A DNA stretch of 64,000 nucleotides from an uncultured Pseudomonadales bacterium (GTDB lineage Bacteria > Patescibacteriota > Microgenomatia > UBA1400 > PJMF01), in the NCBI GenBank assembly GCA_964491115.1, contig CAZBEW010000002.1, positions 64,062 through 128,061 of the forward strand, read 5' to 3'. The translations under genes and the position numbers were made by a program. The notes below the pieces were generated by a model that was not told the origin of the DNA, did not search any database, and saw only the letters and a program-made list of their open reading frames with translations. Below, in pieces: positions 9,597 through 20,345 of this stretch (positions within the stretch are counted from its first letter, which is position 1; every line of letters begins with the position of its first letter).

Positions 9597-10103
9597 CTCA
9601 AAATCAAGATTAATCTCACTGTTTGCCTGATCTAGTTTGCCCTCAATATTAATGGTCCAAACCCCGCACTCATAAATATCGATAATGGCTTTACTTGGTC
9701 CAGCCAAGACTTGCCAGTAATTTTTGATATTTTGGCTATGAGTGACCGCTAAAATTTCTCCCTCTTCAATCTCTGGACCTAAATTTTTAAAATAATCGCT
9801 AAAATGCTTAATAATGGCTTGTTTTCCCTGAGGATTTGGCTGAATCTGCTGATCAAAGGCTAGGAATTGATCGGTAATGACTTGTAGATGCAGCTGATTG
9901 CCGATAATGGCGGCTGTTTCTTGAGTGCGTTGCAAAGGGCTAGCTAAGAGCAGAATTTTTTTGCTCTGCTCTGCTTTGTTGGTAAGTGCCAGTTTTTTGG
10001 CTAAAGCTGCTGCCTGAGTCTTGCCTAATTCAGTTAAGCTAGGATTAGGCAAAAACAATTTTTTTTCACCATGGCGGATGAGTTTAAGCTTAAGTTTTGT
10101 CAT
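9570..10103 (-). CDS. Histidine phosphatase-family protein (phosphoglycerate mutase-like)
   Basis: The N-terminal 'LIRHGE' RHG catalytic motif. The 3' end overlaps the tRNA-Ala gene by 27 nt on the opposite strand. Confidence 0.6.
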   Translation of the reverse strand: MTKLKLKLIRHGEKKLFLPNPSLTELGKTQAAALAKKLALTNKAEQSKKILLLASPLQRTQETAAIIGNQLHLQVITDQFLAFDQQIQPNPQGKQAIIKHFSDYFKNLGPEIEEGEILAVTHSQNIKNYWQVLAGPSKAIIDIYECGVWTINIEGKLDQANSEINLDFEWTEGDLNP

Positions 10104-12813
10104 TTTCTACCAAAGTGAGGGCTACGGCCGCTATTTGATCACTGTCGTCGAGTTTCATCAAAATTACTCCCTGAGTTGGTCTAGTGAGTGTTGGAATTGA
10201 TTTTTTGCTGATCGGCATTTTAATGGCTTTGCCAGTTTTAGTGCTAATGACAATTTCATCATGTCGATCAGAAATTAGTTTGGCAGCTGCCACTGGACCA
10301 GTGCGCTTGGTAATTTCTGAAACTTTGACTCCCATGCCTGACCTTTTTTGCATAGGATACTGTTCAAGTAAAGTGCGTTTGCCCATGCCATTTTCCGTAA
10401 TAATCATCAGGCTATGTTCTTTAAAAACCTCTGGGTCATCACGAAAGACTTCGACACCGATCACATAATCGCCTGCCTTAAGAGTGATGCCTTTCACGCC
10501 TTTAGTATCGCGTTGAGAGGTCTTGACTTCTGTTTCACTAAAGCGAATTGATTTGCCGTCATGAGTAATGAGCATAATATTATCTTTGCCCGTGGTAACT
10601 TTTCCCCAGACCAATTCATCGCCTTCATTGAGAGTAATGGCCACAATTCCATTTTGGCGAATGTTGTCGTAGAGCTTGACGGCAGTTTTTTTGACTAAAC
10701 CTTTTCTGGTAGCCAAGGTGATATATTTATCTTGATCTTTTTCCGCATTAACGATCACAATGGATAACACTTTTTCCTCTGGTTTAAGATTAAGTAAATT
10801 AACAATAGCCGTGCCTTTGGCAATCCGCGTTGCTTCGGGGATTTCAAAAGCTTTCATGGTAAACACTCGGCCTTGATTGGTGAATAAAAATAATTGATCA
10901 TGAGTGGTACAGGTGACAATCGACATTAAGACATCTTCAGCTTTCATGTTGAGGCCTTTAGCCCCTTTTCCTCCGCGAGATTGAGAGCGGAAAGCATCTG
11001 GGCTCAAGCGCTTTACATAACCACTTTCAGTTAAAGTAATAACGGTATTTTCATCTGCCACTAAATCTTCTTCATTAAATTCGCCAACTCGGCCCTTAAT
11101 GACTTTGGTGCGGCGTTCGTCTCCATAAAGATCAATCATTTCCTGATTTTCTTTAAGTAGTAATTGTAAAATTTGTTGAGGCTCACTTAGTAAATGAATT
11201 AAATTGATGATAGTTTCTTGAATAGCTTTGTGCTCATCTTCAATTTTTTGTCGCTCCAAGGCTGCCAAGCGTTTCAGCTGCATTTCTAAAATGGCTGTGG
11301 CTTGTGGATCACTTAAACCAAATTTTTTCATTAAAGCTTGATGAGCAACTTCTGTATCACTACTGTTTCGAATGGTAGCAATCACCTCATCAAGGTTGGC
11401 TAAGGCAATTAATAATCCTTCAAGAATATGGGCTCGATCTCGAGCGTCTCTGAGTTCTGCTTGAGAACGACGGGTAATAATTAACTGTCGATGAACAATA
11501 TATTCTTTCAGCACCTGAAAGAGAGTCATTAATTGAGGTGTGCCTTCACTATTGAGAGCCACCATGTTGAGTGAAAAACTGCTTTGCAACTCGCTCATCT
11601 TAAATAATTTGTTTAAAACTACTTTTGGTCGAGCGTCTTTTTTTAATTCAATGGTAATTTGCATACCACTTCGGTCTGAATCATCGCGCAAATTTTTAAT
11701 ACCAAGAATTTTTTTATCTCGAACTAGATCGGCAATTTTCATGAGCAAACGAGCTTTATTAACCTGATAAGGTAACTCGGTAATGATAATTTCCATTTGC
11801 CCACGCTTGCTTTCTTCAATACTAGCTTTTCCTCGAACGACAATGCGTCCTTTGCCTGTGCGATAGGCTTCATTAATGGCTTTGGCGTCATAAATAATGC
11901 CGGCTGTGGGAAAATCTGGACCTTTGATATGAGTCATGATTTCATCGTGATCAATGTCACTCTCAAAACGACCCGCTAATTGACGAGCATCGCTGCTGAT
12001 TAAAGTGTCAATGCAGGCAGAATTTGAATTTAATTGTTTTTCATCAAGGTTGATGCTTATTTCGCTAGTGGATTTACCTTTTTCTACCATCGCTGCCACC
12101 GCATTACAGCTTTCAGTCAAGTTGTGTGGGGGGATTTTGGTGGCCATGCCCACAGCAATACCCTCAGAACCCATCAGTAAAAAATTAGGCAAGCGATTTG
12201 GTAAAACCACTGGTTCTTTTAGTGAGCCATCAAAATTATCAATAAAATCGACAGTATTTTTATTGATGTCGGCCAGTAATTCTTGAGTAATTTTTGCACT
12301 GCGAGCTTCGGTATAACGCATGGCTGCTGGACTGTCGCCATCAATGGAGCCAAAGTTACCTTGACCATCAACCAAAGGATAACGCATGTTGAAGTCTTGA
12401 GCTAAGCGGACAAGTGCCATATAAACAGCGCTATCACCGTGAGGGTGATATTTGCCCAATACATCACCAACAATTCTGGCTGATTTTTTATAGGGAGTAT
12501 TGTAATGAATGCCAGATCGATACATGGAATAAAGAATGCGGCGATGAACTGGTTTTAAACCATCTCTTACATCTGGCAGAGCTCGAGAAACAATCACACT
12601 CATGGCATAATCCAGATAAGATTTTTCCATTTCATCAACGATGTCAGTGTGTTTCAATTGACCATATTCAGTGTGTTCTATGGTGCCAAACTTACTACTG
12701 GGATCATCGCTGCCATTGTTGTTATTGGCAATATTGTCGTCATTGGCGACATCGTCATGGCTAGTTGAACTAGTAATTTCTGGATTTTTTTCTGCTGCTG
12801 TTTCTTCTGACAT
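10090..12813 (-). CDS. gyrA: DNA gyrase subunit A
   Basis: '[12 protein letters not shown]', '[12 protein letters not shown]' and other typical GyrA blocks. C-terminal beta-pinwheel repeats are present, and there is an acidic N-terminal extension of about 50 aa. Confidence 0.9.
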   Translation of the reverse strand: MSEETAAEKNPEITSSTSHDDVANDDNIANNNNGSDDPSSKFGTIEHTEYGQLKHTDIVDEMEKSYLDYAMSVIVSRALPDVRDGLKPVHRRILYSMYRSGIHYNTPYKKSARIVGDVLGKYHPHGDSAVYMALVRLAQDFNMRYPLVDGQGNFGSIDGDSPAAMRYTEARSAKITQELLADINKNTVDFIDNFDGSLKEPVVLPNRLPNFLLMGSEGIAVGMATKIPPHNLTESCNAVAAMVEKGKSTSEISINLDEKQLNSNSACIDTLISSDARQLAGRFESDIDHDEIMTHIKGPDFPTAGIIYDAKAINEAYRTGKGRIVVRGKASIEESKRGQMEIIITELPYQVNKARLLMKIADLVRDKKILGIKNLRDDSDRSGMQITIELKKDARPKVVLNKLFKMSELQSSFSLNMVALNSEGTPQLMTLFQVLKEYIVHRQLIITRRSQAELRDARDRAHILEGLLIALANLDEVIATIRNSSDTEVAHQALMKKFGLSDPQATAILEMQLKRLAALERQKIEDEHKAIQETIINLIHLLSEPQQILQLLLKENQEMIDLYGDERRTKVIKGRVGEFNEEDLVADENTVITLTESGYVKRLSPDAFRSQSRGGKGAKGLNMKAEDVLMSIVTCTTHDQLFLFTNQGRVFTMKAFEIPEATRIAKGTAIVNLLNLKPEEKVLSIVIVNAEKDQDKYITLATRKGLVKKTAVKLYDNIRQNGIVAITLNEGDELVWGKVTTGKDNIMLITHDGKSIRFSETEVKTSQRDTKGVKGITLKAGDYVIGVEVFRDDPEVFKEHSLMIITENGMGKRTLLEQYPMQKRSGMGVKVSEITKRTGPVAAAKLISDRHDEIVISTKTGKAIKMPISKKSIPTLTRPTQGVILMKLDDSDQIAAVALTLVENDKT

Positions 12814-12834
12814 GTTGTTTACTCTTTTGATATC

Positions 12835-13788
12835 TTACTTATTATTTTGTATAGCTTTTTCTAAAGCCGGAGCAATATCTTTTTTTCTTGACAGTTTGGG
12901 TCCAATATCGATAATCTGATCCAGCGCAGTCTCAGCAAAAGCTAATTCAGCCAGTTTTTGTTCGACAGGAGAAAGTAATAAAATTTTGCTATTGCTAGCC
13001 AAGATATCGGATACAACGACAAAGATTAAATCGACTTGTAGATCGCTTTTAACCTTAGCCATTGCTTCTAATAAACAGGCTTTTTTTTCACTAATAATTT
13101 TTGCTTGCTCAACAGTTTCTAATTGATCTATCAATACTTTTTTTCCAGAAAATTCAAAAATTTTATAGTCATTTTTTACCATTTCTTCACAAGTCATCTG
13201 ACCAAGATCTGATTTAGCTTTAAAAATTTCTAAAGTTAAGGCAGATAAATCACTCACAGCAGCGATATCAGCCAACTCTTTGGCTGTTTCAATATCTTGC
13301 TGGGTGCAAGTGCTCGATTTAAAACCAACGGTATCAGAAAGAATAGCCGAGAGCATTAAACCAGCTAGCTTAGGATTGGGCCTAAACTGGTATTTTTTCA
13401 TCAAATGATAAACGATGGTGCTGGAAGAACCCCAGGGTTTAAAAGTTAAGAAAATTGCTTGGTTAAGAGACAAATTGACCTTGTGGTGATCAACAATTTC
13501 TACAATTTGCTCTTGATTCATGCCATCAAGTCGCTGATCCATTTCATTGTGATCAACCAAAACAATCTGATCTTGTGGATCAATGTCGCTGGCCTTAATG
13601 ACTGGCGGCGCAGTTGCGCCAAATTTTTCTAGTAAAAAGGCAGTTTCATTATTAACTGGATCACTGATGACCGCGGTCGCCGCTGGACGAGAAAAACTAG
13701 GAGTCTGTTGATAAAATTCAGCCAAAGCCATGGCTGACACAACAGCATCTGTATCTGGTTTTAGATGGCCGATGATGTAAGTTTTCAT
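12835..13788 (-). CDS. ppaC: Manganese-dependent (family II, DHH-DHHA2) inorganic pyrophosphatase
   Basis: 'GHLKPDTDAV' N-terminus, 'DHH' motif (VDHHKV), and co-linear similarity to Bacillus PpaC along the whole length. Confidence 0.7.
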   Translation of the reverse strand: MKTYIIGHLKPDTDAVVSAMALAEFYQQTPSFSRPAATAVISDPVNNETAFLLEKFGATAPPVIKASDIDPQDQIVLVDHNEMDQRLDGMNQEQIVEIVDHHKVNLSLNQAIFLTFKPWGSSSTIVYHLMKKYQFRPNPKLAGLMLSAILSDTVGFKSSTCTQQDIETAKELADIAAVSDLSALTLEIFKAKSDLGQMTCEEMVKNDYKIFEFSGKKVLIDQLETVEQAKIISEKKACLLEAMAKVKSDLQVDLIFVVVSDILASNSKILLLSPVEQKLAELAFAETALDQIIDIGPKLSRKKDIAPALEKAIQNNK

Positions 13789-13795
13789 AAGATCC

Positions 13796-15898
13796 TTATA
13801 TATCTAATTTGGCTAATTTAGCGCGACCCTGAATAAATTTTTTACGAGGAGCAACTTCATCACCCATTAGCACTTCAAAAGTGCTGTCGGCCTTGATTGC
13901 GTCCTCAACATCGATTTTTTTAAGTACTCTGGTGGCCGGATTCATGGTGGTGTTCCAGAGTTGTTCTGGATTCATTTCTCCCAAACCTTTGTAGCGTTGG
14001 ATATTAATTTTGGCATTGGGATTTTTAGCAGAAATTTTTTGCACTTCACTATCTCGCTCTTCTTCACCATAAACATAGATTTCTTCTTTGTTATAAGTAA
14101 TTTTAAAGAGTGGTGGCATGGCCACATATAAATAGCCTTTTTCTATTAATTCTGGCAAATGGCGGAAGAAAAAAGTTAAGCCTAAAGTGGTAATATGTTC
14201 ACCATCAACGTCAGCATCGTTCATCAAAATAATGCGATGATAGCGCAATTTTTCCTGATCAAAGCTTTCGCCAATGCCACAACCGAGGGCAATCACTAGG
14301 TTTTTTAAGTCGTCGCTAGACACAATGCGGTCCAGCCGGGCGCGCTCAGTGTTGAGGATTTTTCCGCGCAGAGGAAAAATTGCTTGAAAACGCCGATCGC
14401 GGCCTTGTTTGGCACTGCCACCAGCACTATCTCCCTCAACAATATAGATTTCACTTTCTTCTGGTCGATTGGATTGACAATCAGCCAATTTTCCAGGCAA
14501 AGACATGCCTTCAAGCAAACCCTTGCGGATGACAGCGTCTTTGGCTGCGCGAGCCGCCAGGCGAGCGCGAGCAGAGATTAAGACTTTTTCAACGATAATT
14601 TTGCCAACTTTTGGATGTTCTTCTAAATAAGTGTCAAAATGTTTCTTAAAAACTCGATAAACGGCAGACTGAGCTTCGGCGTTATTTAGTTTAGCTTTTG
14701 TTTGTGATTCAAATTGCAAATCATTAGATGGCATTTTCACAAACACGACGGCAGTTAAACCTTCTTTAAGATCTTCTGAGTTGAAGTTTTCTTTTTCTTT
14801 GATTAAACCATTTTTCTCTGCATAATCGCGAATCACTCGGCCTAGGGCGAGACGAAAACCTTGAACGTGGGTTCCTCCATCTGGTGTATTAATGACATTG
14901 ACATAACTTTCGACATGTTCTTTGTAAGAATCGTTGTATTGGAGTGCGACTTCAATACCAATTTCTTTTTTTGTTTCTTCATCAGCCCATTGATCACTAA
15001 AATAAAAAACCCGATGTAAGGATTTTTTTGACATATTAATGTGTTCAACTAGAGAACGAATGCCGCCTTCAAAATAAAAATGTTGTTCAAGATTATTAAC
15101 TCGATCAAAAAGTTGAAAATAGATGCCTGCCATTAAATAGGCTCGATCTTTGACAATTTCAATAATGCTTTTGTGTTGATAACTAGCTTGTTTAAAAATC
15201 AGTGGATCAGAAATAAATTGCACCATGGTCCCACTTTCATAAGTAACAAAGTCTCGACTTTGTTGGGGAAATTTAGCAATGAGTTCTGTTTCACTGATTT
15301 CAGCCACTGGAGCCGCTGGAATTCCTCGAGAATGATATTGATAATAGTATTTATTGTTGCGTTTAACTGCTACCTGGATTAAGCAGGATAAGGCGTTGAC
15401 TGCACTTAAACCAATACCGTGCAAACCACCGGACACTTTGTAGGCTTTACTTTCAAATTTGCCTCCCGCGTGTAATTTAGTCATGACGACTTCCATGGCT
15501 GAAACTCCAGATTCGTGTTGGGCAACTGGAATACCACGACCATTGTCAACGACGGTGATTGTTTCTTCACCAATGATTTTCTCGGAGGCAGGAATTTTTT
15601 TATTGGCTTTGTGAGCCAGGAATAAATCTCGATGTAAGTCGGTAGCTTGATCACGGAACAGTTGAATAGTTTGACCAAAGCCAGCAATGGCCTCATCGAC
15701 TGAGTTGTCTAGAATTTCTTTAACCAAATGATGAAGACCCTTGGCATCAGTTGAGCCAATATACATTCCAGGACGTTTTCTGACTGGTTCTAGGCCCTCT
15801 AGGACTCGAATTTGTTCTGCTTGGTAGTTGTTGACGTCTATCTGACTTGCCATAAGATCTTTATTTGTACCACATCTATTATATAAAATAAAGCTCAA
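13796..15898 (-). CDS. gyrB: DNA gyrase subunit B
   Basis: GHKL ATPase motifs, a Toprim 'EGDSAGG' block and a 'PLRGKILN' block. The true start is probably the internal Met (MASQIDV...). Confidence 0.9.
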   Translation of the reverse strand: MSFILYNRCGTNKDLMASQIDVNNYQAEQIRVLEGLEPVRKRPGMYIGSTDAKGLHHLVKEILDNSVDEAIAGFGQTIQLFRDQATDLHRDLFLAHKANKKIPASEKIIGEETITVVDNGRGIPVAQHESGVSAMEVVMTKLHAGGKFESKAYKVSGGLHGIGLSAVNALSCLIQVAVKRNNKYYYQYHSRGIPAAPVAEISETELIAKFPQQSRDFVTYESGTMVQFISDPLIFKQASYQHKSIIEIVKDRAYLMAGIYFQLFDRVNNLEQHFYFEGGIRSLVEHINMSKKSLHRVFYFSDQWADEETKKEIGIEVALQYNDSYKEHVESYVNVINTPDGGTHVQGFRLALGRVIRDYAEKNGLIKEKENFNSEDLKEGLTAVVFVKMPSNDLQFESQTKAKLNNAEAQSAVYRVFKKHFDTYLEEHPKVGKIIVEKVLISARARLAARAAKDAVIRKGLLEGMSLPGKLADCQSNRPEESEIYIVEGDSAGGSAKQGRDRRFQAIFPLRGKILNTERARLDRIVSSDDLKNLVIALGCGIGESFDQEKLRYHRIILMNDADVDGEHITTLGLTFFFRHLPELIEKGYLYVAMPPLFKITYNKEEIYVYGEEERDSEVQKISAKNPNAKINIQRYKGLGEMNPEQLWNTTMNPATRVLKKIDVEDAIKADSTFEVLMGDEVAPRKKFIQGRAKLAKLDI

Positions 15899-15990
15899 AA
15901 AGCATGTTTGAATCGAAAAAAGCCGATTTTGGGCGTTCTAAGCGCTAATTTTTCTAAGACTCCAGGCTAAATAGTCTGGTATTTAGTGGA

Positions 15991-16650
15991 TTAATCAGCT
16001 GTGAGAAAGCAATGCTCCAATGTTAAGCGCACATTGGCATTGGCTTCTAAATCTAAATAAGCGCGACTTAAGGCTTTTTTTTGCCGATAGCTGATTTTTT
16101 GTTTAAGCAAATTCTGGATTAATTCTTTGGCTGCTTCCCGATCTTTGTGTTGCTCAACCAGCGTAAAGATGGCTGTTGGCTCGTTGGGCCAGCTAGTTTC
16201 TGCAATTTTTGCTTGTTTTTGGCTCTGTTGACTGTCAATCTGACAATAATTACAGCGCGAACTGATAGTGCTTAATAAGCGATTGTCGCTGATGACGGGC
16301 AAGATAATTAAGGTATTTGGTGGTGGTTCTTCGATTAATTTTAACAAGGCGTTTTGTGCTTCCAAACTAGCGCTGGTGAAATTAAGCAAAACAATGACTC
16401 TCAACCCCTGTTTGTCCCAATTGGCATATTGAGTTTCTCTAATAATTTCTCTGACTAATTCAATTTTAAAATTAGCTAACTGAGTGTTGTACCAGAGTAT
16501 TTGCTCTTTTTTAATGCTTGCTTGCAGTTCTTTATTTTGTAGGTGTTTGAGAACTAATTCTTGAATATCTGCCAATTTAGCGTCATTGTCCCGATTTATC
16601 TCTGTAAATTTAGCTAAATATAAAATTTCGCTTATATAAAATTTTGACAT
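15991..16650 (-). CDS. holB: DNA polymerase III delta'-like subunit (degenerate clamp-loader AAA+ protein with no Walker A)
   Basis: 'NALLKLIEEPPPNTLIILPV' and 'SRC' motifs of clamp-loader subunits. There is no GxxGxGK P-loop. Confidence 0.55.
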   Translation of the reverse strand: MSKFYISEILYLAKFTEINRDNDAKLADIQELVLKHLQNKELQASIKKEQILWYNTQLANFKIELVREIIRETQYANWDKQGLRVIVLLNFTSASLEAQNALLKLIEEPPPNTLIILPVISDNRLLSTISSRCNYCQIDSQQSQKQAKIAETSWPNEPTAIFTLVEQHKDREAAKELIQNLLKQKISYRQKKALSRAYLDLEANANVRLTLEHCFLTAD

Positions 16651-16674
16651 TTTATGGCATTATAAAAGGAGTAA

Positions 16675-19224
16675 GTGATTATGTTAACTGCCCAAAATAA
16701 TCAACCAGACGATTCCAGTGTACAAATTGATGCTGATTTGCAGCATACGATAGATCAAATCGCTAAAGATTTAGAGATAGAACCTTCCTTGGGTGATAGT
16801 GATCAGGCGATGTCGGATGCTGAAGCACAAGAATTGTTAATTGCTGGTAACAAAGTGGCCGTTAATGCGCCTGTGGCTCCTGTTATGGATTCGACTTCAA
16901 CGATAAATTCTCTGCCAACTATGGATCCAGCTATAAATTCAGCCCCAACTGAGTTTTCAACAGTAGATTCGCTACCGCCTATTGAGCCGCTGCCAGCTGT
17001 TGAGCCAGAGCCAGCACATGATGCAATTCCAATCGCTGATTCAATTTCAACGTCAGATCTAATTCCAGCACAGGATCTAATTCCAGCACAGGACGTAATT
17101 CCAACGCCAGATCCAATTCCAACCGTTGATCCAATTCCAGCACCAGATTTGGCTCCAGCACAAGATCCAACTCCAACAAGTGACGCTCCAGATGATTTGG
17201 GCATTACCGAGCCAATTTTTTCTCAAGCAATTCCTGTGAGTGTGGCCGACTTAGACGAGGCAAATACAGAAGAATTGAGTGATGAATCGCCGGATCAATC
17301 TACGATTGCGGCTGATGAAACAAGTGATCAGCCAAGCGATATTGATCCAACAAGTGAAGCCATTACTCCACCAGTTAATGTTGAAGAGACACCAGACGAT
17401 GCTAGCGAGGCTGAAAAAACTTTGCCAATTCAGGCATTACCTGATCTTCCTCACGCTAGTATCCCAACCCAGGCTGCTGTTAATTTTGTGCCAACAAATT
17501 CTTTTTTTGATGTTTTGCTCAACAAGGGGAAAATTTCACCAGAGCAAGCCGAAGAGTTGCGTCAAGAAAATTTAAGCCAAGGGACTAGTTACGAAGAATT
17601 GGTTTTAAATAAACAATTGGTTACAGAAACAGATATTGCTCAGGCTAAGGCTGAATTTAGCAATGTGCCTTACATAAAATTATCAGCCATTGGTGTTGAC
17701 CCCGAATCCTTAACTTTACTTGATGAGGGCATAGCCAAACGCCATCAGGCTCTACCTTTTGCCATTGATAAGCAAAAAAACACTTTAAAAGTGGCAATGG
17801 TTGACCCTTTAGATTTAGCAGCAGTTGAATTTTTAAAACAAAAAACTAGTCATGAAATTCAGGCTTATTTTTCTGAAAACAGTGACATTGTGCGGATGAT
17901 CGGCGAATATTACGCACAAAGTTTATCTACAGAAGTCACTGAAGCGCTCAAAAGCACCACTCAGCAAGATGATCAAAGATCTGCACGTGTTGAATTAAAC
18001 CAGCAATCTGGAGCAATTTTACGAGATGCTCCCATCAACCGTATTGTGGAAAATATTTTAGATTACGCCATTAAATCCTCTGCTTCTGATGTGCACATTG
18101 AACCGCAAATTGGTCGGACTCGAGTTCGTTATCGTATTGACGGCATTTTAGTTGAAAAATTAATTTTGCCACAGAATGTCCATGAAGCGGTTATTTCTCG
18201 TATCAAAATTATGGCTAATTTGAAGATTGATGAAAAAAGATTACCTCAAGATGGTCGCTTTAATTATAGGAGTAATAATGCAGAAATTGATTTGCGTACC
18301 TCTACCCTACCAACAGTTAATGGCGAAAAGGTAGTGATGCGTCTTTTGAAAAAAGATGCCAGCGTACCTTCTCTGGAAGATTTAGGTTTGATAGGTCTGG
18401 GTTTACAAAAAGTCAAAGAAGCCATCAAAATTCCTTATGGGATTATTTTAATCACTGGACCGACTGGTTCTGGTAAAACCACCACTCTGTATTCTATTTT
18501 GAACATTATTAACAAGGTGGGGGTTAATATCATGACCCTAGAAGATCCAGTAGAATACCAGATTTCAGGAGTCAGTCAGGTACAAACCAATCCCAAAGCG
18601 GGTTTAACTTTTGCTTCTGGCTTGCGCTCATTTTTACGTCAAGATCCAGATATTATTATGGTTGGAGAAATTCGAGACAATGAGACGGCCGATCTAGCGC
18701 TACAGGCTTCTTTAACTGGTCACTTAGTCTTCTCTACCCTTCATACCAACAGCTCTGCAGGCGCGCTACCACGTTTGTTAGACATGGAAGCTGAGCCATT
18801 TTTATTAGCTTCATCAATTATTTTATCAATGGGTCAGCGTGTGGTGAGAAAAATTAATGAAAAATATAAAGAAGAATACACCCCAGAACCGGTGGTGGTT
18901 GAAGATATCAAAAAAGTCTTGGGTCCTCACTTTGATCGTTGGTGTAAAGAAAAAGGCAAAGATCCAAATAAAATTACCCTTTTTAGACCAAGTAGTAAGC
19001 GACCAGCCACTGAGCCAGAATATCGAGGGCGAATTGGGATTTTTGAAGTGATGCCGACTTCTCCAGAAATTGCCAGTTTAATTTTAAATCGCCGACCAGC
19101 CAGCGAAATAGAAGCCACTGCTATTCAACAAGGCATGACTTTAATGAAACAAGACGGATACATCAAGGTATTAGAAGGAATTACCACCATTGAAGAGGTA
19201 CTGCGGGTGGCAGAAGTTGGTTAG
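16675..19224 (+). CDS. pilB: Type IV pilus assembly ATPase PilB/GspE with a roughly 270-aa disordered Pro/Asp/Ile-rich N-terminal extension
   Basis: A T2SSE_N domain, Walker A 'GPTGSGKTTT', Asp/His boxes, and the tetracysteine region replaced. 'VHIEPQIGRTRVRYRIDGIL' is characteristic. Confidence 0.9.
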   Translation: MIMLTAQNNQPDDSSVQIDADLQHTIDQIAKDLEIEPSLGDSDQAMSDAEAQELLIAGNKVAVNAPVAPVMDSTSTINSLPTMDPAINSAPTEFSTVDSLPPIEPLPAVEPEPAHDAIPIADSISTSDLIPAQDLIPAQDVIPTPDPIPTVDPIPAPDLAPAQDPTPTSDAPDDLGITEPIFSQAIPVSVADLDEANTEELSDESPDQSTIAADETSDQPSDIDPTSEAITPPVNVEETPDDASEAEKTLPIQALPDLPHASIPTQAAVNFVPTNSFFDVLLNKGKISPEQAEELRQENLSQGTSYEELVLNKQLVTETDIAQAKAEFSNVPYIKLSAIGVDPESLTLLDEGIAKRHQALPFAIDKQKNTLKVAMVDPLDLAAVEFLKQKTSHEIQAYFSENSDIVRMIGEYYAQSLSTEVTEALKSTTQQDDQRSARVELNQQSGAILRDAPINRIVENILDYAIKSSASDVHIEPQIGRTRVRYRIDGILVEKLILPQNVHEAVISRIKIMANLKIDEKRLPQDGRFNYRSNNAEIDLRTSTLPTVNGEKVVMRLLKKDASVPSLEDLGLIGLGLQKVKEAIKIPYGIILITGPTGSGKTTTLYSILNIINKVGVNIMTLEDPVEYQISGVSQVQTNPKAGLTFASGLRSFLRQDPDIIMVGEIRDNETADLALQASLTGHLVFSTLHTNSSAGALPRLLDMEAEPFLLASSIILSMGQRVVRKINEKYKEEYTPEPVVVEDIKKVLGPHFDRWCKEKGKDPNKITLFRPSSKRPATEPEYRGRIGIFEVMPTSPEIASLILNRRPASEIEATAIQQGMTLMKQDGYIKVLEGITTIEEVLRVAEVG
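17056..17186 (+). repeat. Tandem 18-nt (hexapeptide) degenerate repeats inside the pilB 5' region, encoding IPAQDL/IPAQDV/IPTPDP/IPTVDP/IPAPDL/APAQDP
   Basis: Direct visual repeat of cca-gca-cag-gat-cta-att units. The surrounding region (about 16880-17230) is low-complexity P/D/I/A. Confidence 0.8.
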
Positions 19225-19279
19225 TCAATTATATGCAAAAAAAGCAAAATATAGCATTAATTAATGGAGAAAAATATTT

Positions 19280-20335
19280 ATGAAAGTACAAGAAATACTA
19301 CAGTTCTTAGTTGATAATGATGGTTCAGATATACACATTATCCCAGAGTCGCCTTTGTCGATTAGAGTTAATGGCGTCTTAAGTTTTCCAGCTGGTCCGC
19401 AATTAGTTAAAGCAGATCAAGCGCAAACTTGGATTTTTGACTTATTAAGCGACAAGCAACAAGCACAACTAAAAGAAGACAAAGAAATTGATTTGGCCTA
19501 TCAGTTTAATGAGCGGGCTCGGTTTCGTATCTGTGTTTATCAGCATCTGGGCAGCTATGCAGCAGCCCTGCGCTTAATTCCTCAATCTATTCGCACTGTT
19601 GATGAATTGGCTTTGCCTCAGGTTTTTCATAAATTTGGCACTTATAAACAGGGTTTAGTGCTCTTTACTGGCCCGACTGGTGAGGGAAAATCAACTTCAT
19701 TAGCGGCGATTATTGATGAGATTAATCACACCCAAAGTAAACATATTTTAACCGTCGAAGATCCAGTTGAATTTGTTTATCAGTCAGACAAAAGTGTGGT
19801 TTCTCAACGCGAGGTTGGTAAGGACACTCATCAGTGGGAATTAGCCTTAAGAAGTGCTCTTCGTTCTGATCCAGATGTAGTTTTAGTTGGTGAAATGCGA
19901 GATTTAGAAACAATTTCTTCTACTTTGACTATTGCTGAAACAGGTCATCTGGTTTTTGCAACGATTCACACCAACACGGCGGCACAAACCATCGATCGTA
20001 TCATTGATGTGTTTCCATCACATCAACAAGGCCAAATTCGTCAACAATTAGCTAGCGTCTTGAAGGCGGTTGTCTCGCAGCGTTTGGTACCAAAAATTCA
20101 TGGTGGTCGTACTGCAGCTATAGAATTATTGTTTAACAATGCGGCAGTAGCCAACTTAATTCGCGATGCCAAAGTTTTTCAAATTGATAGCATTATTCAA
20201 ACCAATGTTGTTGCTGGCATGATGTTAATGGAAAGTCATCTGCTCGATCTTTATAAACAAAACGTGATTAGTAAGGAAACAGCCTTAAATTATGCCTTTC
20301 GCCCAACAGATATGTTACGCTTATTAGAAGAGTAA
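19280..20335 (+). CDS. pilT: Twitching-motility / pilus retraction ATPase PilT
   Basis: Walker A 'GPTGEGKST', 'AIELLFNNAAVANLIRD' and a typical 350-aa length. Confidence 0.9.
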   Translation: MKVQEILQFLVDNDGSDIHIIPESPLSIRVNGVLSFPAGPQLVKADQAQTWIFDLLSDKQQAQLKEDKEIDLAYQFNERARFRICVYQHLGSYAAALRLIPQSIRTVDELALPQVFHKFGTYKQGLVLFTGPTGEGKSTSLAAIIDEINHTQSKHILTVEDPVEFVYQSDKSVVSQREVGKDTHQWELALRSALRSDPDVVLVGEMRDLETISSTLTIAETGHLVFATIHTNTAAQTIDRIIDVFPSHQQGQIRQQLASVLKAVVSQRLVPKIHGGRTAAIELLFNNAAVANLIRDAKVFQIDSIIQTNVVAGMMLMESHLLDLYKQNVISKETALNYAFRPTDMLRLLEE

Positions 20336-20345
20336 TAAAGTAATT

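Noticed and set aside
10184-12919. Multiple 60-116-aa ORFs on the plus strand inside gyrA (10184-10468, 11540-11767, 11797-11979, 12005-12286, 12414-12764, 12671-12919)
   Set aside because: They lie antisense to a well-supported gyrA reading frame and have no motifs. These are typical spurious antisense ORFs.
15991-16650. Clamp-loader delta' lacking Walker A as a pseudogene
   Set aside because: Delta' subunits are normally ATPase-dead and often lack an intact P-loop. The frame is intact and the sensor motifs are present.
16803-17204. Minus-strand ORFs (133 aa and 66 aa) within the pilB 5' repeat region
   Set aside because: They are artefacts of the periodic P/D/I/A-coding repeats, which stay open in several frames. 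The pilB frame is continuous into conserved domains.
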